Below, one piece after another: positions 16,569 through 25,638 of a stretch of 51,445 nucleotides of DNA (the first letter of the stretch is position 1; the number at the start of each line of letters is the position of its first letter). This DNA is from a virus (Duplodnaviria > Caudoviricetes): positions 1 to 51,445 of IMG/VR virus record IMGVR_UViG_3300020045_002964. One strand, 5' to 3'. A program made the translations under genes and the position numbers. Under the pieces are notes generated by a model. It did no database searches and had not been told where the DNA came from. It saw only the letters and a program-made list of their open reading frames with translations.

Positions 16569-17357
16569 ATGACGCACGAACTCACAACGACTACACAACA
16601 AGCTCTATCTACTTACATGGCAAAGAATGATGACTTTGCAGATGTTCGTCCACAGGATAAGCTTACTCCACGCATTAAACTAATGCAGATGACTTCACCG
16701 CAAGTAGCAGATGGTAAAGCTATGGCTGGTGATATGGTTCTAGATAGTGGTGATTTACTTGTTAAGCGTGGTGGTAGCACCTTGTTTGTACCGCTCATGC
16801 ATTGGTTATCATGGGTTGAGTTTAACCCAGATCGTAATTGCCCTAAAGATAAGCGCGTAATTGATCGCAGTGTTGATCCGAATTCGTCGCTTGCGCAGCG
16901 TGCTGCGAAGTACGAAGAAGTAATGCAATCAAACGGTAAGAAAGCATTCGCAGTAACAGAAGCGTATAACTTTGTTGGTCTTTGCCCAAGCGTTGGGCAC
17001 TTCGATACGTTCTATCTTCTATCTTTCCAACGCGCTTCACATCGCGTAGGTAAAGGCTTGATTAATAAGCTGATGGGTATTCGTGCGCCAGATGGTTCAC
17101 GGTTCCCAATGTTTATGAGTATGTTTGAGCTTAGCTCACTCTACAAAGATGAAGGCCCTGAAAAGAAGTACTTCATCCCATCGCTTGACAATCGCAAAGA
17201 TACGCCAGAAGATAAACTAGCTAGTCTAGCACTTCTAGTTGATGGTCTACGCGCAGGTAAGAAGATGATGATGGATCGTGAGCTTGAACGTGAGAAGGCA
17301 GAAGCTGAGGCAGATGCTGAGACTGAAACATCAGCTAAAGCTGAAAAGCACTTTTAA
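16569..17357 (+). CDS. Putative single-stranded DNA-binding protein
   Basis: F.DV...D...PRIKLMQ..SPQV...AGD N-terminus typical of phage SSB-like proteins; acidic tail ending in F; own promoter and terminator. Confidence 0.55.
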   Translation: MTHELTTTTQQALSTYMAKNDDFADVRPQDKLTPRIKLMQMTSPQVADGKAMAGDMVLDSGDLLVKRGGSTLFVPLMHWLSWVEFNPDRNCPKDKRVIDRSVDPNSSLAQRAAKYEEVMQSNGKKAFAVTEAYNFVGLCPSVGHFDTFYLLSFQRASHRVGKGLINKLMGIRAPDGSRFPMFMSMFELSSLYKDEGPEKKYFIPSLDNRKDTPEDKLASLALLVDGLRAGKKMMMDRELEREKAEAEADAETETSAKAEKHF

Positions 17358-17376
17358 ATAAACCTACAGCATGGCG

Positions 17377-17410
17377 CCCTACGTAGATGTAAAAGTCTAC
17401 GTAGGGTTTT
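17377..17410 (+). terminator. Intrinsic terminator
   Basis: CCCTACGTAGA-tgtaaaag-TCTACGTAGGG followed by TTTT. Confidence 0.85.
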
Positions 17411-17431
17411 GTGCCTTAATATGGAATTAAT

Positions 17432-18019
17432 ATGATCCTTATAGGCATTACAGGTTTCAAAGGATGCGGTAAGACTAGTTTCGCTAAAGCATTAACCGAA
17501 GAAATTAAAAATAACTTTTATCGTTCTGTACTGCTCTCGCCTTTTGCAAGGCCATTAAAGATTACATCAGAAGCTATCTTTGGTAAAGCTAAATGGTACG
17601 GTACTGATGCTGAGAAAGCAATGGAGTTACCTTACTGGCACAATCTACTAGGTGAGAAGTATTCGTCGGTTCGACGTATTCTACAAACTCTAGGTACAGA
17701 TGTGTTCCGTGCTATTCATCCACAGATATGGATTGAAGCACAACGTATGTACCTGCAACAGCAGGGCTCATTAGATATTGTAATCATTGATGATGTACGC
17801 TTTGAAAATGAAGCTGACTTTGTTCGTAAAGGTAACGGTCAACTCATTCATGTTGTACGTATGGGCGTTTCTTCACAAGATAAACATGCTAGCGAAGCTG
17901 GCGTTAAAGTATCTGATAACGATCTACGATTTGATTTTGAATCGTTAGATGCTATGAGGAAAGAAGCACGTCTAATTACTGCCAATCTAATTAAACAAAC
18001 GAAAGCATTCAAGCTATGA
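17432..18019 (+). CDS. Deoxynucleoside monophosphate kinase
   Basis: IGITGFKGCGKT, FARPLK, RRILQTLGTD, IDDVRFENEA, HASE. Confidence 0.92.
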   Translation: MILIGITGFKGCGKTSFAKALTEEIKNNFYRSVLLSPFARPLKITSEAIFGKAKWYGTDAEKAMELPYWHNLLGEKYSSVRRILQTLGTDVFRAIHPQIWIEAQRMYLQQQGSLDIVIIDDVRFENEADFVRKGNGQLIHVVRMGVSSQDKHASEAGVKVSDNDLRFDFESLDAMRKEARLITANLIKQTKAFKL

Positions 18020-18783
18020 TGAAAGTTCAATGCATCGGCATCACTGATTTCCGTGGGGTGCCAAATGACTTATGCGATGATATTGTTAAAGCTCAAATTG
18101 AAAAAGGGCAAGATAGTGGAAGCAATCCTGCTAGGCTTATTGAATGTTCTGGTCGTACCTGCTATGATAGCTATAATACTGGCAGAGATTCTGCTAACTA
18201 CCACGACAATATCAAGAAGGTCGGTCATGGCTCTGTCACTGAGCATGTTCACATTAACTTCTTTATATCTGGCGTGTCACGTGGGTTAACTCATGAACTT
18301 GTTCGCCATCGTCATAGCAACTTCTCTCAACGTAGTACTCGCTATGTAGATGAATCAGAATCGCCTTGGGCTTTACATCCGTTGATTGAAAAGCATTGTT
18401 CACCAGAAGCATTAGCAAATATCAATCAGTTAATTGAATTAGCTAAGCGTGAATATCGTTCTGTAGTTGAAGACCTTCAAGAGAAGTTAACCAATGCTGG
18501 TACAGATAAGTTCACAGCACGGAAGCAAGCGCGTGGCGCAGCACGTGGCCTTTTAGGTAATGCACTAACTTCTGAACTAGTATTCACCTGTAATATTCGT
18601 AGCCTTCGTAACTTCTTAGAACAACGTTGCTCACCACATGCAGATGCTGAGATTCGCATTATGGCGAACTTAGTTTATGAAGTGTGCATGAAAGAAGTCC
18701 CAGAATACTTTAACGATTATGTTAAGGTAGCTTGCCCTGATGGAATCGGCTTTGGTTTAACCACGCCATATCGGAAAATCTGA
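18016..18783 (+). CDS. thyX: FAD-dependent thymidylate synthase
   Basis: GHGSVTEH; SRGLTHELVRHRHSNFSQRSTRYV (RHRx7S motif). Confidence 0.96.
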   Translation: MMKVQCIGITDFRGVPNDLCDDIVKAQIEKGQDSGSNPARLIECSGRTCYDSYNTGRDSANYHDNIKKVGHGSVTEHVHINFFISGVSRGLTHELVRHRHSNFSQRSTRYVDESESPWALHPLIEKHCSPEALANINQLIELAKREYRSVVEDLQEKLTNAGTDKFTARKQARGAARGLLGNALTSELVFTCNIRSLRNFLEQRCSPHADAEIRIMANLVYEVCMKEVPEYFNDYVKVACPDGIGFGLTTPYRKI

Positions 18784-18791
18784 GGTAGCCT

Positions 18792-21641
18792 GTGAAGCGC
18801 GATCCTGTAGCGCTACTACAATACTTTCGCATCCCATATTATAAAAGGAGTGAAGAATGGTTAGTTGTTGAGTGCCCAACTCACGCGGATAGCCACCACG
18901 TTGCAGCTGATGGTAATGTACAGAAGTGTAATGGTGGTGTGAACATTCAAACAGGTAAATATACTTGTTTCGTTTGTAAGAATGAGAACCAAGACGTAGT
19001 AGACTTCTTAGCTACTAAGTTGCAGGCTCCGCGTGTGATGATTGAAGCGGCATACGATAACCTCACCGGGGAACAAAATCCTGGTGAGGTTAAGCTTGAA
19101 ACTATTGAGATTTGTCATCAAGAGTTATTAGCTAACAATGAGATTCGCGATCGCATGCGTACACAGCATGGTATCGATCATGAGTCCATTGTTAAGTATC
19201 GTTTAGGTTGGCACCCATCAGAGAACCGTGTAATCATTCCTATCAAAGATGCGATTGGTAACTTCTGTAATCTGCGCAAGTATAAGTATGACTCTAAGAG
19301 TGATAAAGTAATTGGTATCAAAGGTGGTCGCAACGTACTCTGGCCAATCGAAAACCTAGAGCAACAGACGATCCATATTACAGAAGGTGAATTCAAAGCT
19401 ATCATTCTAAACCAGAAAGGATTCCATGCTATCACTGGCACTGCTGGTGCTGGTTCATGGGATCGTACTAATTGGAATGAGTTGTTTCGTGGTAAAGATG
19501 TAGTTATCCTTTTAGATATTGATGAAGCTGGTCGTCGCGCATCAGATAAACTATGCCATCATCTTTACACGTACGCGAAGACAATTAAGAATGTATTCCT
19601 TAAAGACGTACAAGGCGTAGCTAAGGGTGACATTACTGACTTCTTCGTAAAGAAACAACGCACTGCTGAGAATCTCCACGAATTAATTAATGCTACTCCG
19701 TACTACCAACCGCCGCGTTCATTAGCTTCGCAGATTAAACTTGAGATGAATGATCCTATCAAGGTCAGTTTATCTAAGTCATCAGCTGCTGAGTTGAATA
19801 ATAAGATGGTTGAGTTTACAGCTGTAGTCAGCGCTAAAGATGTTACGCCCTATATCATCCCGAAGAAGTGCACTGTTATCTGTAACCGTGATCGCCCTTA
19901 TTGCCCATCATGTATTGCGTATGATCGTGAGAAAGCTTTAACGTTCGAGATTCCTCCACACGATCCTACAATTCTTAATCTAATTGCTACATCAGAATCT
20001 AAACAAGATGATATTCTAAGACAGAAGTCTGGTATCTTTCCTAAATGTAATGTTGCTTCATTCAGAAGGGATGAATCATATAATGTTGAAGAAGTGCGAC
20101 TTATTCCCCAAATTTCAATTGGGCATACTACCGATGAACAAGTTACCCGCCGTGCTTATCACGTCGGGCATGGAATTTCACCTAATACAACATATGAGTT
20201 TGAAGGTAGAGTGTGCGCAGAACCAAGTGACGGCCACGCTACGCTTGTCCTTAACAAAGCTGACCAAACACAAAGTGACTTAGATAATTTCACAGTAACG
20301 AAAGACCTATCTATCTTCCAACCTAAAGAGTGGACAGTAGATGGTATCACTAAGAAGTTCGACGAACTCTACGAAGACTTAGAAAACAATGTAACAAAGA
20401 TTTACCATCGTCGGGACCTACATATATTCTATGATATTATTTGGCATACCGTACTTTATATTGACTTCCAAGGAAGAAAAGGAATCAAAGCTTGGGGAGA
20501 TGCTTTGGTCATTGGTGATTCTGGCCAAGGTAAATCAGAGTGTTCCTCCCGTTTATCGCAGCATTATCAATGCGGCGAGCGCGTCGACACCAAACGAGCT
20601 TCTATTGCTGGTATCGTCGGAGGTTTACAACAAACCGATAAACGTTGGTTCATTACATGGGGCACTATCCCGCTTAATGATCGTCGATTAGTTCTGTTAG
20701 AAGAAGTAAAAGGAATGGAAGCAGAGTCATTAGCTAAGATGACTGACATGCGTTCGTCCGGTGTAGCTGAGTTAATTAAGATTGAAAGAGCTAAAACTAA
20801 TGCTAGAACGAGACTCATATGGATTAGTAATCCGCGCTCTGATAGTAATTTATCTACCTACAATTATGGTGTTGATGCTGTCAAAGAACTCATCGGAGGC
20901 TTGGAAGATATTCGCCGTTTCGATATGGTTATGGCAGTGGCAACAGGTGAGGTCGCTCAAAGCGTCATCAATTCTAAACATACATCATCAGTAACACATA
21001 CGCACACTTCTGAATTATGTCAGGAGTTAATCTCTTGGGCTTGGTCACGTAAAGAATCACAAATAATTATCGAATGTGAAGATGAAGTATTTGCTGCTGC
21101 TACTCGTATGGGTGATACTTATTCAGCTGCTTGCCCCATCGTTGAACCGAGCGATCAACGTATTAAAATCCTACGGCTTGCCGCAGGTCTTGCAGCACGT
21201 ACTTATTCTTGTGATGAACATAGCAATCTTGTGGTGCGTACTTGTCACGTTCAGTTTATTGAACAATTCTTGAATCGTATTTATTCATCAAAAGCATTAG
21301 GCTACAAAGACTTTTCTGCTAAGCAACTAGGTGAATTAAAGATTGATGATGTTGGTGGCGTTATTAAGATCATGCAGGATCAACCACATTGTCAGGATCT
21401 AATTGAAGGATTGATTGAAGCAGAGCAGATCAGAGCAGAAGATATTATTAACTTAACTGAGTATGATATGGCTGCGTCGAATGCGTTGATTAGTCAACTC
21501 GTTCGTCATGGTTGTATTAAACGTACTCGACGTGGTGGGTATTCTAAGACATCAGCGTTCATTGATATTCTTAAAGGTATGTCACGGCAAGCTAACAGCA
21601 ATCTCACAATGCGTGAGAAGATCCAGAAAGAAGTGTTCTAA
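18792..21641 (+). CDS. Primase-helicase: CHC2-like Zn finger + TOPRIM + MCM-type AAA+ helicase + C-terminal winged helix
   Basis: CPTH..CFVC; TEGEFK, DID; CNRDRPYCPSC; IGDSGQGKS; ASIAGIVGG; LLEE; NARTRLIWISNP; RRFD. Confidence 0.85.
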   Translation: MKRDPVALLQYFRIPYYKRSEEWLVVECPTHADSHHVAADGNVQKCNGGVNIQTGKYTCFVCKNENQDVVDFLATKLQAPRVMIEAAYDNLTGEQNPGEVKLETIEICHQELLANNEIRDRMRTQHGIDHESIVKYRLGWHPSENRVIIPIKDAIGNFCNLRKYKYDSKSDKVIGIKGGRNVLWPIENLEQQTIHITEGEFKAIILNQKGFHAITGTAGAGSWDRTNWNELFRGKDVVILLDIDEAGRRASDKLCHHLYTYAKTIKNVFLKDVQGVAKGDITDFFVKKQRTAENLHELINATPYYQPPRSLASQIKLEMNDPIKVSLSKSSAAELNNKMVEFTAVVSAKDVTPYIIPKKCTVICNRDRPYCPSCIAYDREKALTFEIPPHDPTILNLIATSESKQDDILRQKSGIFPKCNVASFRRDESYNVEEVRLIPQISIGHTTDEQVTRRAYHVGHGISPNTTYEFEGRVCAEPSDGHATLVLNKADQTQSDLDNFTVTKDLSIFQPKEWTVDGITKKFDELYEDLENNVTKIYHRRDLHIFYDIIWHTVLYIDFQGRKGIKAWGDALVIGDSGQGKSECSSRLSQHYQCGERVDTKRASIAGIVGGLQQTDKRWFITWGTIPLNDRRLVLLEEVKGMEAESLAKMTDMRSSGVAELIKIERAKTNARTRLIWISNPRSDSNLSTYNYGVDAVKELIGGLEDIRRFDMVMAVATGEVAQSVINSKHTSSVTHTHTSELCQELISWAWSRKESQIIIECEDEVFAAATRMGDTYSAACPIVEPSDQRIKILRLAAGLAARTYSCDEHSNLVVRTCHVQFIEQFLNRIYSSKALGYKDFSAKQLGELKIDDVGGVIKIMQDQPHCQDLIEGLIEAEQIRAEDIINLTEYDMAASNALISQLVRHGCIKRTRRGGYSKTSAFIDILKGMSRQANSNLTMREKIQKEVF

Positions 21642-23578
21642 TGTTTGGATTAAATCTATTTAATCCGAAAGAACGTGTATACATTGATACTGAAACCACG
21701 TCTTTCAATGATGAATGGGAAGCTTTAAACCCATACCGTGGTGATCGCATTACGACTGTTATTATTGGGCAGCTGGGTAAACCTACGATGGCTTACCCTG
21801 TTCGTAATCGTAATGCGAATCAGCCGCTATTAGATATTGAAAAGTTCTATAAAGAATTGCGCGAGTGGTGCGCAGAGGTGTTGTTGTACGCTAACTTGAA
21901 TATTAAATTCGATCTACGATTCTTTGCGTGTGAAGATATTTTCTTTCCTAAAGCACGCTTTGAAGATACGAGTGTGCTTGCTCGTCTTGTCAACAATCAA
22001 GAGACTAGCTTCGCATTAGATCACCTAACTGATAAATATAAATGCAAGCACAAGAAGCTTGGCCATTTAATTAAGCCATATCTACAACATACTAAAGACT
22101 ACGGTAAGATTCCAACAGACGTACTAAACGAATACGGTATTGGTGACGTTGACGGTAACATCGAACTACATGAACATCTTCTGCTTAAACTACCAGAAGA
22201 GTCTGGTACAGTATGGGATGTTGAACAACGATTTTGCCGTCAGCTTCTAAACGTTGAGCATCGTGGCATATCTATTAATGTGCCTTGGTTGCAGAAGCGT
22301 GAGCAGAAGTTAGTACTTGAAATGCTAGTCTTAGCTATTAAGATTAAATCATTAACTAATGGTAAGATTAATAACCCTAAGAGCCCAGCGCAAGTAGCTC
22401 AATACTTTCAATCAGAAGGTATTGAGCCAGTCGTATTCAACGAACCGACTGATGCGATGAAAGCTAAAGGTATTAGAGTTGGTAATCCATCATGGAATGC
22501 TGATGCGTTAGAACAAATCAATCACCCTGTAGCTACCTTACTAATTGAGTACGGCGAGCGTCATATTCAAGCAGGTACGTTCTGTAAAGGATGGGTTAAT
22601 GCATGTGATAAGAATGGTCGTGTTCATCCTGATTTTAAGAGTAACGGTACTAAGACAGGTCGACCATCCTCGTCGGAACCTAACGTCTACAATCCTCCAA
22701 AGTGGCTTATGGAAGCCATCACGATACCTAACGGTTACATTGGAGTTAAATGGGATAAGTCTCAGATCGAGTATCGTCTCTTTGCTCATTACGCCAACGA
22801 TCAAGAACTGTTACAGCAATATAAACTAAACCCTAAGATTGACTACCATCAAATCTTAGCTGATCGTTTAGGTATTCCGCGTGATCCAACCAAGAACATT
22901 AACTTCGGTATGTTGTATGGTATGGGTGAGAAGAAACTCAAACGTAAGCTAGCAGCTTTGTTTGGTGAATTAGATCGCGGAGATAAACTTACAGCAGAAG
23001 GTAAGATTAACTTACGTCGAACACTTCTGCGTTATGTAAGGCAATCTGGTAAAGACCCAGATGGCGTAATCAACGTGCCAGATGTTGGTGCTCTTGATCC
23101 ACGTGTGTTTGTATTCGCAGCAGAAGCAATCATGGTTGAGTACCATCAGAAGGTACCAGCTATTAAGCAGATGCAAAAACGTGTTAAGGATGTAGTTATT
23201 TATCGTGGCTACATTAAGAACTTCTTTGGTCGTAGGTATTACTACGAGAAAGAGTTCGCATATATCGCATTGAATGCTATCATTCAAGGAAGCGCCGCAG
23301 ACTTCTTCAAATTAAAGCTATGTGAATTGTTTGAGCAATGCGACCCAAGAGTTGAAATGGTCGACATGATTTACGACTCATGCTTTGCGATCATGCCTTT
23401 AGAGTGCGCGCAAGAGTATTGGGATCTATGTCAGAAGGTAGTTTGCAATGCTCCGTTTAATGTGCCAGTGCTTATTGATGGTGAAGTTGCTCTAGGTCAC
23501 TGGGGCAATATTATGAAGATTCAAAACAATGACGTTCTAGCAACAGCAGGATTAATATGCAAATTGAAATCAAAATAG
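21641..23578 (+). CDS. DNA polymerase family A with 3'-5' exonuclease
   Basis: DTETT, NIKFD, YGIGD; TGRPSSSEPN; DKSQIEYR; KNINFGMLYG; NAIIQGSAAD; IYDS. Confidence 0.93.
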   Translation: MFGLNLFNPKERVYIDTETTSFNDEWEALNPYRGDRITTVIIGQLGKPTMAYPVRNRNANQPLLDIEKFYKELREWCAEVLLYANLNIKFDLRFFACEDIFFPKARFEDTSVLARLVNNQETSFALDHLTDKYKCKHKKLGHLIKPYLQHTKDYGKIPTDVLNEYGIGDVDGNIELHEHLLLKLPEESGTVWDVEQRFCRQLLNVEHRGISINVPWLQKREQKLVLEMLVLAIKIKSLTNGKINNPKSPAQVAQYFQSEGIEPVVFNEPTDAMKAKGIRVGNPSWNADALEQINHPVATLLIEYGERHIQAGTFCKGWVNACDKNGRVHPDFKSNGTKTGRPSSSEPNVYNPPKWLMEAITIPNGYIGVKWDKSQIEYRLFAHYANDQELLQQYKLNPKIDYHQILADRLGIPRDPTKNINFGMLYGMGEKKLKRKLAALFGELDRGDKLTAEGKINLRRTLLRYVRQSGKDPDGVINVPDVGALDPRVFVFAAEAIMVEYHQKVPAIKQMQKRVKDVVIYRGYIKNFFGRRYYYEKEFAYIALNAIIQGSAADFFKLKLCELFEQCDPRVEMVDMIYDSCFAIMPLECAQEYWDLCQKVVCNAPFNVPVLIDGEVALGHWGNIMKIQNNDVLATAGLICKLKSK

Positions 23579-23850
23579 AAGGCTATTGGGTTCTATTAGA
23601 TATAACCCATCTGTTTTTAGTTGAGGTTAAACCTAAGTTAGTTGGGATGTGTGAGCTTGATATTAATTATAAATTCCCAGGCGATCCTCAACTTGTACCA
23701 CTTAGTATTGAACATCAATTTACAATTGAGCAAGCAAATAAAATTATTGATGATATAAAGAAACTGAAAAACCCTCCCAAGCCTGAGCCTGAGAGGGTAT
23801 CTCGTTGGCAACAATTTATTGCTAGTACTACCGGACGCGCCAAACAATAG
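23557..23850 (+). CDS. Hypothetical protein; last gene of the + arm
   Basis: AGGA RBS; converges on and overlaps 23828-24169. Confidence 0.6.
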   Translation: MQIEIKIEGYWVLLDITHLFLVEVKPKLVGMCELDINYKFPGDPQLVPLSIEHQFTIEQANKIIDDIKKLKNPPKPEPERVSRWQQFIASTTGRAKQ

Positions 23851-24169
23851 GTTGCTTGCAGAATGTAACTGCGCCGCTTAGTGTGCGACGAATGAAGCCG
23901 TAGTAATCACCGGCAGCATAAGTCATAACTGAATCGTCGACACTAAGCGCACACTTACCATCAGCCGCAGTAGTTACGGTAACAGCATGTGTAGCTGTAG
24001 CAGTAACGTTACGATCACTGCGACTATATAGAACAAGGTCTACAGTAGCAGTGGATAGATCGTGTGGAGCACCAGTGTCTTCTAAGATAACAATAGGTAG
24101 GGCTACCGTATTAGTATCTTTAAAAGCTAAAACTAGCTTGCCTTCTTTTCCGCCTACGATTGCACGCAT
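23828..24169 (-). CDS. Ig-like/BppU N-terminal-like virion protein; paralog of 24181-24540
   Basis: EDTGAPHDLSTATVDL..Y...DR...ADGK; AAGGA RBS. Confidence 0.7.
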   Translation of the reverse strand: MRAIVGGKEGKLVLAFKDTNTVALPIVILEDTGAPHDLSTATVDLVLYSRSDRNVTATATHAVTVTTAADGKCALSVDDSVMTYAAGDYYGFIRRTLSGAVTFCKQPIVWRVR

Positions 24170-24180
24170 GGTTTGTTCCT

Positions 24181-24540
24181 TTACTTAATGTTGATTTTAG
24201 AAGGAGTGCGCGATAGGTACTCAGTACCACCAGTCGCAGTGTACTTAACGTATGCCCAATAAGGAGCATTGTTAGTCTGAGGACCGTAATTAAGGTCAGC
24301 AGGTACGAATGCAAAGCTAGCATAACCAGCAGGCGCATCCGTAAGAGTGCCTGAAACAGTATCAGTTACTGCTTCACGACGATCTTCATATGTGTAGATG
24401 AGTAGATCAACAGTGCCATCTGTTAGATCAATCTGTGCGCCAGTATCATCTAAAAGAACAGCTTTTAATGTTAAGCTAGATGCTTTGAATACGTCGAGTG
24501 TTCCGCCTTCGACGCCTTCGATGAGTGCGATCATAAACAT
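24181..24540 (-). CDS. Ig-like/BppU N-terminal-like virion protein
   Basis: DDTGAQIDLTDGTVDL..Y...DRR...APAGY; AAGGAG RBS. Confidence 0.7.
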   Translation of the reverse strand: MFMIALIEGVEGGTLDVFKASSLTLKAVLLDDTGAQIDLTDGTVDLLIYTYEDRREAVTDTVSGTLTDAPAGYASFAFVPADLNYGPQTNNAPYWAYVKYTATGGTEYLSRTPSKINIK

Positions 24541-24566
24541 TACTCCTTAATTTGAGTTTGAAGAAT

Positions 24567-24594
24567 TACTATATCACACGATATAGTATTGCAA
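24567..24594 (-). promoter_or_regulatory. Candidate promoter (TTGCAA-N15-TATAGT) overlapped by a 9-bp inverted repeat
   Basis: TACTATATC-acac-GATATAGTA in the 24541-24605 gap. Confidence 0.45.
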
Positions 24595-24605
24595 GAGATT
24601 TGTTA

Positions 24606-25637
24606 TTAGCCAGGCATATAAGCGCCTATAGGCGCAGATGAGTTATGAACATTAATTCCACCTATAGTTAATGGTGCTAAGTTTATAGTTATTGACCCAG
24701 CATAACTTGACCAATATCCACTAACATTAGCTCGACCACCGCCGCCTACAGGTGTTCCTGTACCGTAGAAGAAACCACCGCCAGTAAATGTGGCCCCAGT
24801 ACCTGTTTCTAATATAGGGCTTGGTGAGCTTTCATCTAGCACATCACCAACGACACCAGCGAATGAGTTGAGTACGCCTATGCCAGAACCGATAGGTGAA
24901 TTTTGTTTATAGACTATACCACTAGCTTTAGTAATAGCTGAACCTATAACAGCATATGAAGGGCTTAACTTAGCAGTCCAATTCACAGTTGGGCAAGTAG
25001 TCCACGCGCCTGAGCCTAACCCTTTAACAATAAATACTTCGATAAACTCAACAACATATAAACCAATTAGGTTCATTGTTACATCTATCTGTGTAGAAAC
25101 AGATACTAAGTTACCTAAGTAAACTACAGAAGCATTAGGCAATGTAACTTTAAGGGCGAACCCGCCGCCCCATGTACCAGACGATACACTTCTATTGAAT
25201 CTTAAAATCTTACCTATAACAGTATTCGTATGCCTAAATTTAAAGTCACCAGCTGCAAAATTATCGCCAGATGGATCACGATTATAATGAACAACACCAG
25301 GATGTGAGCCATTGAACCCTTCTTCTTCTTGCACGAATGTTAAATCAATGAAGCTATCTTCTTCTTTTAATGTGCCTTGTTGTTGATAGTACTGTGAAGT
25401 AACTACAGCTTTAAGTGGGAAAGTACCTTCTGTATTGCCAGATACTTTTATCTGCTGTACTACTTCGCCTTCGCCAGCTTCAAAGACTAACTCAATAACT
25501 TCTGCCGGTGTACCGTCTAAAAGGTATAAAGAAATAACTTCTGTTTGAGTTAGAGTTACTGTATGGTTGTCATCAATTTCTCTATCTAGAACTAAATCTA
25601 GAATAAAGATTCCATCTACTGGTCCTTCGGTAGCCAT
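24606..25637 (-). CDS. Putative tail tip/receptor-binding protein
   Basis: Follows the large tail protein; Gly/Ser/Thr-rich beta-type C-terminus. Confidence 0.6.
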   Translation of the reverse strand: MATEGPVDGIFILDLVLDREIDDNHTVTLTQTEVISLYLLDGTPAEVIELVFEAGEGEVVQQIKVSGNTEGTFPLKAVVTSQYYQQQGTLKEEDSFIDLTFVQEEEGFNGSHPGVVHYNRDPSGDNFAAGDFKFRHTNTVIGKILRFNRSVSSGTWGGGFALKVTLPNASVVYLGNLVSVSTQIDVTMNLIGLYVVEFIEVFIVKGLGSGAWTTCPTVNWTAKLSPSYAVIGSAITKASGIVYKQNSPIGSGIGVLNSFAGVVGDVLDESSPSPILETGTGATFTGGGFFYGTGTPVGGGGRANVSGYWSSYAGSITINLAPLTIGGINVHNSSAPIGAYMPG

Positions 25638-25638
25638 A

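Noticed and set aside
17432-23578. Z-base or 7-deazaguanine modification system
   Set aside because: No PurZ, DatZ, DpdA, QueC/D/E or glycosyltransferase recognisable; the nucleotide genes fit ordinary dTTP supply
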